From an uncultured Rickettsiaceae bacterium (GTDB lineage: Bacteria; Pseudomonadota; Alphaproteobacteria; Rickettsiales; Rickettsiaceae): a stretch of DNA of 36,947 bases. The notes below the pieces were generated by a model. The model was not told the origin of the DNA and did no database searches. It saw nothing but the letters and a program-made list of their open reading frames with translations. The stretch lies in the NCBI GenBank assembly GCA_905479885.1, contig CAJQOE010000061.1:1-36947 (forward strand), written 5' to 3'. The position numbers and the translations under genes are program-made. Of this stretch, positions 19,061 through 30,026 are shown piece after piece (within the stretch, counting starts at the first letter, position 1; every line of letters begins with the position of its first letter).

Positions 19061-19831
19061 TTAAGCTTTGATCCTCCAGCCATTATCTATTAGTTTTGTT
19101 AATAACACATACATAACAATATTGGCTGTTACTAAGAATATTATTCCAGTGAGAATGCTACCATCAGCTTGATTTGTAAGGCAATATCTAAATCCATCTA
19201 CCATGTAGAAAAAGGGGTTGATCATATTTATTTGCTGAAATATTAAAGGTAATGATTGCACTGAATAGAAAGTACCAGACAAGAAGGATAACGGTGTGAT
19301 TAGATAGCTAGTGATGGCCGCATGTTGGTCAAAAGAATTTGATATTAAGCCAGACAAAATGCCAAGTTTTCCAAGCAAGGTACAAGAGGAAAGTACATAA
19401 AAAATTAATAATAGTGGGTGATGTAAACTATAATCAACAAAGGGCGCTAAGGCTATGGTCACAGCAACTCCTACTAGGATCCCACGTAATGTAGCCCCTA
19501 TTGTGAAAGCGATTATTATTTCGGTGCTGCCTAATGGAGGTGTTAATATATCAGAGATATAGCCTATTACTTTGCTCATGATAAAAGAAGAAGAACTATT
19601 AGCAAAGGCATTTTGTATTATACTCATTACAATGAGTCCGTATCCCATAAAGTTGATAAATTTAACGCCGGCTACATCAGGGCGATTTGAGCCTATTGCT
19701 AAAACAAATACAGCTAAAAAAATCAATGCAGAAACCATTGGCGTGAATATTGTTTGATTATAAACGCGCATAAAGCGTTTTATTTCCCGTTGAGTTAGAG
19801 TGTAAGTGCCGTACCAGTTGATTTTTTCCAC
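19061..19831 (-). CDS. ABC-2 type transporter permease (YadH-like)
   Basis: REIKRFMRV..QTI..P, AFANSSSS, ITPLSFLSGTFYS, NPFFYMVDGFRY; no ATPase gene adjacent. Confidence 0.88.
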   Translation of the reverse strand: MEKINWYGTYTLTQREIKRFMRVYNQTIFTPMVSALIFLAVFVLAIGSNRPDVAGVKFINFMGYGLIVMSIIQNAFANSSSSFIMSKVIGYISDILTPPLGSTEIIIAFTIGATLRGILVGVAVTIALAPFVDYSLHHPLLLIFYVLSSCTLLGKLGILSGLISNSFDQHAAITSYLITPLSFLSGTFYSVQSLPLIFQQINMINPFFYMVDGFRYCLTNQADGSILTGIIFLVTANIVMYVLLTKLIDNGWRIKA

Positions 19832-19920
19832 AATAATTATTTTGTATAAATTTTATTTAAATTATGATATATTTCGCAAGTATTTTTGTCACGTATTATT
19901 AACAATTAGCACTAAGAATT

Positions 19921-21255
19921 ATGCCGAAGAAGCTTTTTATCAAAACTTATGGCTGTCAGATGAACGTCTATGATTCAATCAAGATGCAAGAATTACTGGC
20001 TCCATTTGGCTTTGAATCTACCGAGGATATGAACGATGCAGACATGGTTATTTTAAACACATGTCATATTAGAGAAAAAGCATCAGAGAAGGTGTATTCG
20101 GAGCTTGGTCGTGTTAAGAAAGCAAAAGATTACCGTTTGCAAAACAGGCTCGGTGATATGATAATTGCGGTAGCTGGTTGTGTTGGGCAGGCAGAAGGCG
20201 AGGAGATATTTAGGCGTGCCTATTATGTAGATATTGTTGTTGGGCCCCAATCTTATCATACTTTACCAGACCTGGTAGCAAAATTAGCAAGATCGGAAAA
20301 GCGTTTAATTGAGTTAGATTTTATTGAAGAAGAAAAGTTTGATAATTTGCCTCAAAATTATCAAGGGCAAGGACCTAGTGCTTTTGTATCAATTCAAGAA
20401 GGATGTGATAAATTCTGTACATTTTGCGTGGTTCCGTATACTAGAGGAGCTGAATTTTCTCGAAAGGTCGAGGAAATTTATCGTGAGTCCATGGCTGTGG
20501 TTACTCAAGGCGCGTCTGAGGTACATTTGCTAGGGCAAAACGTAAATGCTTATCACGGCAAAGCTGCTGATGATCAAAATTATTCTATAGCAGATTTAAT
20601 TCGTCATATTGCTAAAATCAAAGGTCTTGAAAGAATTCGTTATACCACTTCACACCCAAGAGATATGGATGATGATTTAATTGCATTGCATGGCCAAGAA
20701 TCAAAACTAATGCCATTTTTACATTTACCTATTCAATCTGGATCTAATAAAATTTTAAAAGCTATGAATAGAAAACATACTCGCGAAGAATATTTTACTA
20801 TTATTGATAAGCTTAGAGTAGCAAGGCCAGATATTGTTATGTCTTCAGATTTTATCATTGGATTTCCAGGAGAAAGCGATGAAGATTTTGCCGACACATT
20901 GGATTTAGTAAAAAAAGTTGGTTATGGCCAGTGTTTTTCTTTTAAATATAGCCCAAGACCTGGTACGCCTGCAGCTTCTATGGAACAAGTCCCAGAAGCT
21001 ATAAAAGTTGAAAGACTAGATATTTTACAGAAAGAATTATCTAAGCAGCAATTGTTATTTAATGAAAGCTGTGTGGGCAAAGTTATGCCAGTGTTATTTG
21101 AGAAGCCAGGTAAATTTGATGGTCATATTGTCGGTAAGACTCCATATATGCAGTCTGCTTATATAGATAATGCGGATAAAAGCTTGATCGGCAAGATTGT
21201 TAATGTCAAAATCAATAATGGATCAGCAATTAGTGTATCAGGTGAAGTAATTTAA
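19921..21255 (+). CDS. miaB: tRNA-i6A37 methylthiotransferase MiaB
   Basis: [27 protein letters not shown], radical-SAM [18 protein letters not shown]-terminal TRAM domain. Confidence 0.97.
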   Translation: MPKKLFIKTYGCQMNVYDSIKMQELLAPFGFESTEDMNDADMVILNTCHIREKASEKVYSELGRVKKAKDYRLQNRLGDMIIAVAGCVGQAEGEEIFRRAYYVDIVVGPQSYHTLPDLVAKLARSEKRLIELDFIEEEKFDNLPQNYQGQGPSAFVSIQEGCDKFCTFCVVPYTRGAEFSRKVEEIYRESMAVVTQGASEVHLLGQNVNAYHGKAADDQNYSIADLIRHIAKIKGLERIRYTTSHPRDMDDDLIALHGQESKLMPFLHLPIQSGSNKILKAMNRKHTREEYFTIIDKLRVARPDIVMSSDFIIGFPGESDEDFADTLDLVKKVGYGQCFSFKYSPRPGTPAASMEQVPEAIKVERLDILQKELSKQQLLFNESCVGKVMPVLFEKPGKFDGHIVGKTPYMQSAYIDNADKSLIGKIVNVKINNGSAISVSGEVI

Positions 21256-21256
21256 T

Positions 21257-23644
21257 ATGCTCTTAAGGTTTATAATTTTTTGTACAAAAATGGTTTTGTT
21301 CTTCGGGACAATAGGCATAGCAATTGCGGCATATGTTATATATCATTATAGCAAAGATTTACCAGATTATTCACAGCTGAAGCGCTATTACCCTCCTTCG
21401 ATTACTAGAATGTATTCAGCTGATGCGAAGTTGATAGAAGAATATGCTAGAGAGCATAGAATTTTTGTGTCAATTAGTGCTGTTCCAAGATCATTAGTTG
21501 AGGCCTTCGTTGCAGCTGAAGATAAAAACTTCTACAGTCATGAAGGAATTGATATTATGAGTATTATCCGCGCGGCAATCAATAACGTATCGCGTATTAT
21601 AAACAATAGGCGCGTTGAGGGTGGTTCTACTATTACTCAGCAAGTAGTGAAAAATTTCCTGTTAACTTCCGAACGCTCGTTAGATAGAAAGATAAAAGAA
21701 GCAATTTTATCTTATATGGTAACACAAGCATTTACAAAAGAAGAAACACTGGAATTATATTTGAATCAAATCTATTTGGGTAAAGGGGCTTATGGGGTAG
21801 CATCTGCTGCACTAAATTATTTTAATAAATCGGTAGAAGAGCTGACTCTTAATGAATCGGCAGTGCTTGCATCATTACCTAAAGCTCCATCGAAATATAA
21901 CCCTGCACGTGATTATGAGCGTGCTTTTGAGCGTAAAAATTATGTTATAGGGCGTATGTATGATGATGGTTATATTACCGAGGCTGAGGCTAGAGCTGCT
22001 ATAGTAGAACCAATAAAACTAGCTACCTTCGATAAAGTACAAACTTTAGATGCTGATTATTATGCAGAAAAAGTTAGAGAAGAAGTTATTGGCATGTTTG
22101 GCGAGGAATATTTTTACACCGCAGGGCTAACGATCATTACTTGTGTTGATTCTAAAATGCAAGAGGCTGCTGCTAATGCCTTGCGTTTTGGTATTAAAAA
22201 ATTTGATATGTTGCGTGGCTATAGAGGTCCATTAAAAAATATTAGTATTATAAACTGGAACGATGAATTGCGTAGAATGGATAGGCCGGAAGGGCTTCGC
22301 CATTATCAATTATCTATTGTCCTTGAGGTGCATGATAACGAGGCAAAGATAGGTTTGCGAGATGGTAATATAACCAAATTGTTTTTAAAAGATATGAAGT
22401 GGACGACAACTAACCTCAAATCAATACATAAACTTCTAAAAGTAGGTGATGTTATAGTAGTTGAAAAGGTAGCTGGTCATTATGTGCTGCAGCAAATACC
22501 AGAAGTCAATGGTGGTATAATGGTTGTAGAACATAAAACTGGTCGTGTTCTGGCTGCGGAAGGGGGATATGATTTTGGCATTAGTAAATTTGATCGTACA
22601 ACGCAAGCTAAGCGTCAACCTGGCTCTTTAATCAAGCCATTTGTGTATTTATCGGCGTTGGAAGCGGGAGCGAGACCAACTGATATATTTGAAGATGCGC
22701 CGATTGAAATAGTGCAAGGCCCTGGTCTACCTTTATGGAAACCAAAAAATTATGAAGAGAATTTTTTAGGGCCAGTGACTATGCGTATGGGCCTTGAAAA
22801 ATCACGTAATACTATAACGGTTAGAGTGGGGCAATTTGCTGGGTGGCAGAAAGTAGCAGATACTATAAAGCGTTTTGGCATTAATGACAATCCAAAGGTA
22901 GTTCCATCCATGGTGCTTGGAGCGCTAGAGACAACTCTAGCTAAAATGACAATAGCCTATAGTATTATTGCTAATAATGGTCGTCAAGTTGAGCCGCATT
23001 ATATCGAGTTGATTAAAGACCGTAAAGGCAATGTGATATACAAAAGAGATTATACTGAATGTCCAGAATGTAAATCATATATGCTAGACAACGAAGGAAA
23101 GATTCTGCCGCCTGAGATTACCATATCACCAAGTCGCGCTATTACGGATGAAGCAAGTAGTTATCAAATAACTTCGCTTATGATGGGTGGTATTCAACGT
23201 GGAACGGGTCGTGGTGCTAAAAATGTTGATCAAATTATAGCTGGTAAAACTGGGACAACAAACAAAGCAAAAGATGCATGGTTTATGGGGTTTACTCCTA
23301 AAATTGTAGTTGGTACCTATGTTGGGCATGATACTCCAAAGAGTATGGGAAAAAGAGTTTCAGGCGCATCTATTGCATTACCAATATTTGTACATTTCAT
23401 GCAGAATGGTTATAAAGATGAACCATCAGTGGACTTTATAGTTCCTGATACTATTACTTTGGCTATGGTAGATTATGCTACTGGCAAGCCATCGACAGAA
23501 AAAGATGCGATTCTAGAAGCTTTTAAAATTAATAATTTCAACCCTGCATTAAACGCGGTGCCCAAAGAAGTCGTTAGTGAGAAACCAGAATATGATCCAT
23601 TTGCTAATATTCAAAAACAAGATACCTCACAAGAGCTTTATTAA
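21257..23644 (+). CDS. mrcA: Penicillin-binding protein 1A
   Basis: Transglycosylase motifs AEDKNF, GGSTITQQ, RKIKE, LYLNQIY; transpeptidase GSLIK, SRN, KTGT. Confidence 0.93.
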   Translation: MLLRFIIFCTKMVLFFGTIGIAIAAYVIYHYSKDLPDYSQLKRYYPPSITRMYSADAKLIEEYAREHRIFVSISAVPRSLVEAFVAAEDKNFYSHEGIDIMSIIRAAINNVSRIINNRRVEGGSTITQQVVKNFLLTSERSLDRKIKEAILSYMVTQAFTKEETLELYLNQIYLGKGAYGVASAALNYFNKSVEELTLNESAVLASLPKAPSKYNPARDYERAFERKNYVIGRMYDDGYITEAEARAAIVEPIKLATFDKVQTLDADYYAEKVREEVIGMFGEEYFYTAGLTIITCVDSKMQEAAANALRFGIKKFDMLRGYRGPLKNISIINWNDELRRMDRPEGLRHYQLSIVLEVHDNEAKIGLRDGNITKLFLKDMKWTTTNLKSIHKLLKVGDVIVVEKVAGHYVLQQIPEVNGGIMVVEHKTGRVLAAEGGYDFGISKFDRTTQAKRQPGSLIKPFVYLSALEAGARPTDIFEDAPIEIVQGPGLPLWKPKNYEENFLGPVTMRMGLEKSRNTITVRVGQFAGWQKVADTIKRFGINDNPKVVPSMVLGALETTLAKMTIAYSIIANNGRQVEPHYIELIKDRKGNVIYKRDYTECPECKSYMLDNEGKILPPEITISPSRAITDEASSYQITSLMMGGIQRGTGRGAKNVDQIIAGKTGTTNKAKDAWFMGFTPKIVVGTYVGHDTPKSMGKRVSGASIALPIFVHFMQNGYKDEPSVDFIVPDTITLAMVDYATGKPSTEKDAILEAFKINNFNPALNAVPKEVVSEKPEYDPFANIQKQDTSQELY

Positions 23645-23653
23645 ATCATCTTG

Positions 23654-23693
23654 TTTGCTATAGAAGGTTTTGTTAATAGAGAGCTATAGCAAA
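23654..23693. repeat. 10-bp inverted repeat between convergent mrcA and msrA
   Basis: TTTGCTATAG (23654-23663) and CTATAGCAAA (23684-23693). Confidence 0.6.
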
Positions 23694-23880
23694 GTAAATG
23701 GATGCAAGAAAGAGATGATACGGGCTATAAAAAAAATTACAGTCTGACGGTGGGCCCTAGGAAGCTAACCCGTGACGCTGAAATAAGCGTGCTATAAATT
23801 AGTTTCAAAAGCTCTTGTAGCGTTTATTAAAGCTTGAGTTATTTACAAAGCTTAGGCGTAAGACAATATTATAGGGTCAA

Positions 23881-24486
23881 TTAATTTCCCCACACTTCAC
23901 TTAGGCGTCCTGACCTGCCGCATCTCCAATAGTAATATTTATATCGTGCTGGGTTTTTGGTTTTGTAGTCTTGGTGATGCTCCTCAGCTTCATAAAAAAT
24001 CTTGGCTGCTAAAATTTCAGTAACAATTTTTTGTCCAAGTGTTTTTTCGTATTCTTGTTTGGTTTTTTCGGCTAATAATCTTTGCTCGTCGTTCTGTTGG
24101 TAAATGGCAGATGTGTAAGCAAAGCCTTTATCACAAAATTGTCCTTTGTCATCAAAGGGGTCGATATTATGCCAAAAAATATCTAATAATTTTTCATAAG
24201 AAATGATATTTGGATCGTAAGTAATTTTGATTGCTTCTTTGTGCCCTTCATGATTTTTATAGGTGGGATCAAGCATATCTCCACCCGTATAACCAGTACG
24301 AATTGCAATGATTCCAGGTATGTTTTTATTGGTTTCATGATCTAAAAATGCGGCATCTGCACACCAAAAGCAGCCCATGGCAAAAATAGCATTATTATAT
24401 TTCGATTTTTCTGCAGCCATGACATTAATGTTATATGTAATTAGTATTAACAGTAAGATTTTAAATGCATTTCTCATTTTAAACAT
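23881..24486 (-). CDS. msrA: Peptide methionine-S-sulfoxide reductase with putative signal peptide
   Basis: GCFWC, GYTGG..PTY, GHKE, GQFCDKG..Y, FYEAEEHHQDY; N-terminus is basic-hydrophobic-VMA/A. Confidence 0.92.
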   Translation of the reverse strand: MFKMRNAFKILLLILITYNINVMAAEKSKYNNAIFAMGCFWCADAAFLDHETNKNIPGIIAIRTGYTGGDMLDPTYKNHEGHKEAIKITYDPNIISYEKLLDIFWHNIDPFDDKGQFCDKGFAYTSAIYQQNDEQRLLAEKTKQEYEKTLGQKIVTEILAAKIFYEAEEHHQDYKTKNPARYKYYYWRCGRSGRLSEVWGN

Positions 24487-24495
24487 TCTAATAAA

Positions 24496-27156
24496 TTACA
24501 AACGTCTTGCAAGATGACTATAATTATCGTACTTCATTAAGTTTGGTTCTACAACAAAATTCATATTTTCTATGTAATGCTTAATTAGTGAAATTAAACC
24601 TTGTTTATGAATTGATAAATCATCTTGTGTAATGATGATTTCAGTAGTATTTATATATGGTTTAGAGCTGTTAATTTTTACATAAATCAGTGAAAATATT
24701 TTGGGAGGCGTGATCGTGAATCCACCTTCTGAGAGTATAATAGCTTCAATTAAAAGCTGGGGCGAGAGGCCGGATAGGACGTCTTTTTTACTAGGCACGA
24801 CACCTGTTTTATAATCAATAATTTTAACTGTGTTATTTTGATCAATATCGATACGATCTGCAACGGCTATGAGAGTAACTTTTTGTCCTGCAATATCTAG
24901 GGTAAGTTCACCTTTGATTTCACTATAGACATTAATTGAGCTTTTGCGTTTATCATTATCAAATTGAATAAATTCAGGAGCAATAGCAGTTATTTTTGTT
25001 AGCCATGATTTTTTGCTATAATTTGGTATATCGTGTGTTTCTAGAAGGCAATTAGCTATTTCTAGAAACACTGACTCTTTATCCGGAGTGTGGTGACTAT
25101 AATTTTTAGTATATTGTTCTACGACTAGATGGAAGAAATTACCAAATTCAGCTAAGTTGGGCTTTTCGTCTATTTCTTCTGCTTTTTTTAAAGCTAGTAA
25201 TTTCTTGGCATAAAAATTATAAGGCGATCGAATTAGCATTTCAATATCAGTAGCAGATATTTTAGATGGAAAGATCTTGCTTTGTGCATAAAAATTTTCT
25301 GCTAGAGGTGGCGCTAGTTTAGCCAAGGGCTTTGCGAGGTAGGTATTTAATTTTTCTTCTAATATATGCCTTAGGTGTAAGATAAAAGGCGAGGGAAGCA
25401 ATTGCTTGCTAGCCTGTTTTTTCGCTCTAGTTAGTAGAATGTTTTTATTATTCATATTGAGATAGAAATCATATAGGGTACTACCTAAATTTGCTAAGCT
25501 GCTGTCTAGCTTTAACTCCTTTTGCATTTGCGTATTTAACCAAGGGCTGTTCATTACGGACATTGGATACACACCTTCGTTTAAGTCGCTGATTATTATT
25601 AAATCATAGTTTATTAGAGTGGATTCATGTGCGCGGCATATGGTGATATTAGAATTAGGCTTTGTTTCAGTTATGCGCCCCCCTTCTAATAATTGCTTTA
25701 AAACTTCAGGAAATTCGAGTTGAGTATTTAGTTCTAGCTGCCAATTTGCTTGGTTTATCTCTGTAAGAGAAGCTGAGATGGCTGGGCAAGTTTGCCAAAT
25801 ATCTGGTATTAGAGTTTCTATCATTTTAATAGAATGTTTTAAAATGATAGCAAATTTTTTAGAAGTTAGTTTTTTGGAAACAGCTATATATATACCCTGA
25901 TAATATTCTTTCACCTCATCGCTGGCATGTTCTTGTACTATTGTTGATATAGTATCTAAATTGGAAGCTAGACGATTTTTTTGGCGTATTAGATTTTTTA
26001 ATGATTGGGCAGTTGGAGAATTAATTAAAGGGTGCGAAATGACTGTAAAGAAATTCTTAGTATCAAAATCGGAGCATAAATATTCAGAAAGCAGTAAAAG
26101 AAACGAGATGACTGGTTGTTTAAGTATATCTAAACCAAAAATATCGTGATAATCGAGATTATATTTATCTAAAAACGTGCAATATTGTTCTTTCGCTTGT
26201 CCGCTATGTACGATAATTGCTATGTTTTCTTTCTTTTTATTGAGGCATTGCAGAGCTATATATTCCGCTTCATGAAATATATTTTCAAACTCTATATATT
26301 TTATTGTGCTCTCTAGTCGATTTGAGGAACTAGATGCAATTAATTTATCAATCAATTGCGGTGATTCTATACCTAGTTTAATAATAGGTTGTTGTGGTTT
26401 TAGTAGTTCTATTAACTGATAAATCCGGTATAATGCATTCTCTGGAGATGGAGCTTCTTTTGGCAGAACGTTTATAAAAGGGGATAAAATTATACTAACA
26501 TTGGGTAGCTTTGCTGCATTTTTTATGAACTCATTACTCATTAAATTACTGCCTGTTATGCCAGCTAGCAACAAGTGTTCAGCTTTGTTGTTTTTTAATC
26601 GCATTATCTCTGCTTTGAATACAAGCTTTTGATAAGCTGCCCTAGTCATCTTATGTACATTAGTAATTTGATTGCGCCAGTTTTCGGACGCGTAACAAAG
26701 AAAATCATAAATAGTATACCAATGTTCTGGTTGGTCTAGTGTCGGAAGGTCTTGTAAGGCATGTAAGTTTATATTATTAGCTTCAAATTCAAAAAATAAA
26801 TTTGCAAGAGAAGGGGCCAAGCGTAAGCTTTGAGATAAGTCGTACCCTAGTTTTTTATATGAATAAATCGTTGTTGCTAGAGTAATTTTTTCTTCTAGTT
26901 TGCTAAGGCAACCAATTTGCTCGGAAGGTATTTTAAATACTTCATTGCTTTCAGCAACTAGCCCTCCTAGTGGAATGATTGTCGGTAAGATGCTAGTTTG
27001 AAAGTTCTCGATAAAGGTGTTTTGTAACTGGCTGCAAAGCAGGCCACTTGGTAATATGATTTTTAAATTAGAAAACTCATTGGCAAAATGCTTGTGAGTG
27101 AAGCTTACTATTTCTTGTAGAAAATTTTCTTTGCTACTAGCTTGATAAATTTGCAT
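24496..27156 (-). CDS. addB: AddB-like double-strand break repair protein (PD-(D/E)XK nuclease)
   Basis: ISATDIEMLIRSPY.FYAKK.L.L, ADRID...IIDYKTG, PQLLIEA and alphaproteobacterial-type terminus YSHLAR. Confidence 0.8.
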   Translation of the reverse strand: MQIYQASSKENFLQEIVSFTHKHFANEFSNLKIILPSGLLCSQLQNTFIENFQTSILPTIIPLGGLVAESNEVFKIPSEQIGCLSKLEEKITLATTIYSYKKLGYDLSQSLRLAPSLANLFFEFEANNINLHALQDLPTLDQPEHWYTIYDFLCYASENWRNQITNVHKMTRAAYQKLVFKAEIMRLKNNKAEHLLLAGITGSNLMSNEFIKNAAKLPNVSIILSPFINVLPKEAPSPENALYRIYQLIELLKPQQPIIKLGIESPQLIDKLIASSSSNRLESTIKYIEFENIFHEAEYIALQCLNKKKENIAIIVHSGQAKEQYCTFLDKYNLDYHDIFGLDILKQPVISFLLLLSEYLCSDFDTKNFFTVISHPLINSPTAQSLKNLIRQKNRLASNLDTISTIVQEHASDEVKEYYQGIYIAVSKKLTSKKFAIILKHSIKMIETLIPDIWQTCPAISASLTEINQANWQLELNTQLEFPEVLKQLLEGGRITETKPNSNITICRAHESTLINYDLIIISDLNEGVYPMSVMNSPWLNTQMQKELKLDSSLANLGSTLYDFYLNMNNKNILLTRAKKQASKQLLPSPFILHLRHILEEKLNTYLAKPLAKLAPPLAENFYAQSKIFPSKISATDIEMLIRSPYNFYAKKLLALKKAEEIDEKPNLAEFGNFFHLVVEQYTKNYSHHTPDKESVFLEIANCLLETHDIPNYSKKSWLTKITAIAPEFIQFDNDKRKSSINVYSEIKGELTLDIAGQKVTLIAVADRIDIDQNNTVKIIDYKTGVVPSKKDVLSGLSPQLLIEAIILSEGGFTITPPKIFSLIYVKINSSKPYINTTEIIITQDDLSIHKQGLISLIKHYIENMNFVVEPNLMKYDNYSHLARRL

Positions 27157-27599
27157 TATATTAGCATAAATATGGAATAATAGACTAACCTTGATAATGA
27201 TCCAATAGATATTGCTAATATTGGACGTACTTTGCAGAATCCTGCGAATAACATTATGAACTTACCAAAAAACGGCAAGGCACTAAGCATTAAAAATATT
27301 GGTAAATATTTATTGCGCCGCATTTTATCAGTGTTGATTCTGCTTGCATCCTTTTCTTCAGATTGTAAAGGTGACAGTATATTATAGCAGAGAATACCCA
27401 GTCCATAATTTATACAAGCCGCGAGCATAAATGCAAGGCTTGCCACCATGATGACAAGATAAGAATTATATAGGCCGAAAATTTTCATTGAATAGAGAGC
27501 AAGTTCAGTAGAAATATTAAAAGCGAAATTGCTAACTAAAGTATCGGTAAAAAGTAAACTGTACATTTCAAATGAGCTCATAGCTTTGTGATTATACAA
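27156..27599 (-). CDS. Small membrane protein, YqaA/DedA-like
   Basis: Hydrophobic; INYGLG and LSALPFFGKFIMLFAG resemble YqaA motifs; stop overlaps the addB ATG. True start may be ATG 27581. Confidence 0.55.
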   Translation of the reverse strand: MYNHKAMSSFEMYSLLFTDTLVSNFAFNISTELALYSMKIFGLYNSYLVIMVASLAFMLAACINYGLGILCYNILSPLQSEEKDASRINTDKMRRNKYLPIFLMLSALPFFGKFIMLFAGFCKVRPILAISIGSLSRLVYYSIFMLI

Positions 27600-27713
27600 A
27601 ATTTGCCTTTATAGATCAATTAGATTATTTGTTAAGGGGGAGTAAATGTGCTTGCAAACTTGGCAATCTAGGTTTAATTTCTATAGGTATAATTATAAAA
27701 TATTTGAGGAAAA

Positions 27714-29228
27714 ATGCTGAATATCTCTTTTGAAGAAAAAAATCTATATGATAACGAAGCTATAGCAGTTTTAGTTAACGACCAACTGAAGATAGATGGT
27801 GATGTTATGACTCTTGATCAAAAGCATCATGGGTTAATTTCAAAAACTATACAAAATGCAAATAAATTTAAGGGAACAGTCGGACAAACACTGTCGTTGA
27901 CTACAACTGACAAAGACGGAACGCTTCGTAATATTATTATAGTTGGAATAGGGGATGAATCCAAATTGGAAGCTTATCAGTTGGAAGAAGTTGGTGGAAA
28001 AATTTACTCCGCAGCAAAAGCCTCTAAGTCACTTAATGTTGGTATTAATGCGCTCTCTAGAATTGGCTCTTTTGAACCTACTGAGGTTGCTTCTCTGCTT
28101 GCTAGCGGTGGGTTCCTTGCAGCTTATAGCTTTAATAAATATCTAACAAAAAGGAAGGAAGAAGAAAAGTTTGTTACCGAGACTTTTAATGTCATCGTCG
28201 CTGAGGAGCAGGCAGCATATGATGCATTTGCGGTTAAAAAAGCTATTGCTATGGGCGTATATTTTGCAAGAGATCTGGTAAGTGAAGTGCCAAACATACT
28301 ATACCCAGAAAGCTATGCTGAGCAAATCGTTGAAAAATTAGAACCTCTTGGGGTTGATGTTGAAGTGCTAGGTGAGCGTGAAATGCGTAATCTTGGTATG
28401 GGAGCTTTGCTTGGCGTAGGCCAGGGTTCTGCTAATGAATCTAAGCTTGTTATAATGAAATATGAAGGAGGCGCTGTTGATCAGAAGCCAGTTTGTTTTG
28501 TTGGTAAAGGCGTAACATTTGATACAGGCGGTATTTCGATTAAACCAGCTGCTGGTATGGGCGATATGAAATATGACATGGGTGGTTCCGCAGCTGTTGT
28601 TGGCGCGATGAAGGCTTTGGCGTTGCGCAGTGCTAAGGTAAACGCTGTAGGTATAGTAGGTTTGGTTGAGAATATGCCAGGTAGCAATGCACAAAGACCT
28701 GGGGATGTTGTTACTAGTATGTCTGGTCAAACAATTGAGGTATTAAATACTGATGCAGAAGGGCGTCTTGTACTATGTGACTGTGTTACATATTTGCAAG
28801 AAAATTTTGATCCAGATTGTATTATTGACCTTGCAACACTAACTGGCGCTATTTTAATAGCATTAGCTAATACTTATGCTGGTTGTTTTGCTAACGATGA
28901 TGAGTTGGCAAACAAACTTATTGCATCTGGTAATAGCGTGAACGAGAAATTATGGAGAATGCCACTACATAAAGATTTTGATGAAATGCTAAAATCCCCT
29001 ATTGCAGATATAGCTAATATTGGTGGTGAGCGTGGAATGGCAGGTAGCTCTACTGCAGCGCACTTTATCGGGCGTTTTATTAAAGAGGGAGTAAGATGGG
29101 CGCATTTGGACATTGCTGGAACTGCTTGGGAGAAAAAGGGTAAAAACCCAATTTGTCCAATCGGTGGCGTTGGCTTTGGTGTTAGATTGCTTGACCAATT
29201 TGTACAGGACAATTATGAATCAAAGTAA
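27714..29228 (+). CDS. pepA: Leucyl aminopeptidase (M17)
   Basis: VGKGVTFDTGG, MKYDMGG, NTDAEGRL, DLATLTGA, WAHLDIAG. Confidence 0.97.
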   Translation: MLNISFEEKNLYDNEAIAVLVNDQLKIDGDVMTLDQKHHGLISKTIQNANKFKGTVGQTLSLTTTDKDGTLRNIIIVGIGDESKLEAYQLEEVGGKIYSAAKASKSLNVGINALSRIGSFEPTEVASLLASGGFLAAYSFNKYLTKRKEEEKFVTETFNVIVAEEQAAYDAFAVKKAIAMGVYFARDLVSEVPNILYPESYAEQIVEKLEPLGVDVEVLGEREMRNLGMGALLGVGQGSANESKLVIMKYEGGAVDQKPVCFVGKGVTFDTGGISIKPAAGMGDMKYDMGGSAAVVGAMKALALRSAKVNAVGIVGLVENMPGSNAQRPGDVVTSMSGQTIEVLNTDAEGRLVLCDCVTYLQENFDPDCIIDLATLTGAILIALANTYAGCFANDDELANKLIASGNSVNEKLWRMPLHKDFDEMLKSPIADIANIGGERGMAGSSTAAHFIGRFIKEGVRWAHLDIAGTAWEKKGKNPICPIGGVGFGVRLLDQFVQDNYESK

Positions 29229-30024
29229 AAAGCCTAAAATTTTTGTTGTTGGTAATGAAAAAGGTGGGGCCGGTAAGACCACATGCTCAATGCATCTGAT
29301 TATTGGCCTGCTTGATCGTGGTTACAATATTGCAAGTATCGATACTGATTCAAGGCAGCATTCTTTAACAAGATATATAAATAATCGTAAAGAATATAAT
29401 AACAAAAATCCACAGCAAAAAGTAGATATGCCATTGCATTTTCACTTGCAAGGTGTTGAGCACGAAGTGTTAGCTGAAAAAGAAAAACAAGAAAAAATTC
29501 AGTTTGAACAAGCTTTCAATGTAGCGCAAAATCATGCTGACTATATTGTAATTGATACTCCTGGTAGTTACACCAATCTATCACGTATAGCGCATTCATA
29601 CGCCGATACGGTTATAACGCCAATTAATGATAGTTTTATTGATTTAGATGTAATAGCAAAAGTTGATAGTAACGATTTAGGAGCCTTTAAGCCATCAATA
29701 TATAGTCAAATGCTATGGGAACAAAAGATGGAAAGAGCCGCAAGAGATCAAGGCTCTATAGATTGGGTGGTGGTGCGCAATCGTCTTAGTTCTCTAGATG
29801 CACAAAATAAACGCAATATGGCTGATGCTCTTGAAAAGATTTCAAAGCGCATTGCCTTCCGTATAGTACCAGGTTTTAGCGAGCGTGTGATATTCAGAGA
29901 GTTGTTTTTACATGGTTTGACATTACTTGATTTAAATAAGGCAAACTATACCAAGACATTAAATTTATCGCATGTGGCAGCAAGGCAAGAAATTCGAAGT
30001 TTTTTAGATAGTTTAAAAGTTTAG
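29215..30024 (+). CDS. mipZ: Division plane positioning ATPase MipZ
   Basis: VVGNEKGGAGKTT, IDTPG, TPINDSFIDLD, PSIYSQMLW, DWVVVRNRLS, ERVIFRELF, SHVAARQE. Start reset to ATG 29215, a 14-nt overlap with pepA. Confidence 0.9.
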   Translation: MNQSKKPKIFVVGNEKGGAGKTTCSMHLIIGLLDRGYNIASIDTDSRQHSLTRYINNRKEYNNKNPQQKVDMPLHFHLQGVEHEVLAEKEKQEKIQFEQAFNVAQNHADYIVIDTPGSYTNLSRIAHSYADTVITPINDSFIDLDVIAKVDSNDLGAFKPSIYSQMLWEQKMERAARDQGSIDWVVVRNRLSSLDAQNKRNMADALEKISKRIAFRIVPGFSERVIFRELFLHGLTLLDLNKANYTKTLNLSHVAARQEIRSFLDSLKV

Positions 30025-30026
30025 TG

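Noticed and set aside
29113-29214. N-terminal extension of MipZ in the ORF track
   Set aside because: It lies inside pepA; ATG 29215 gives the normal MipZ start.
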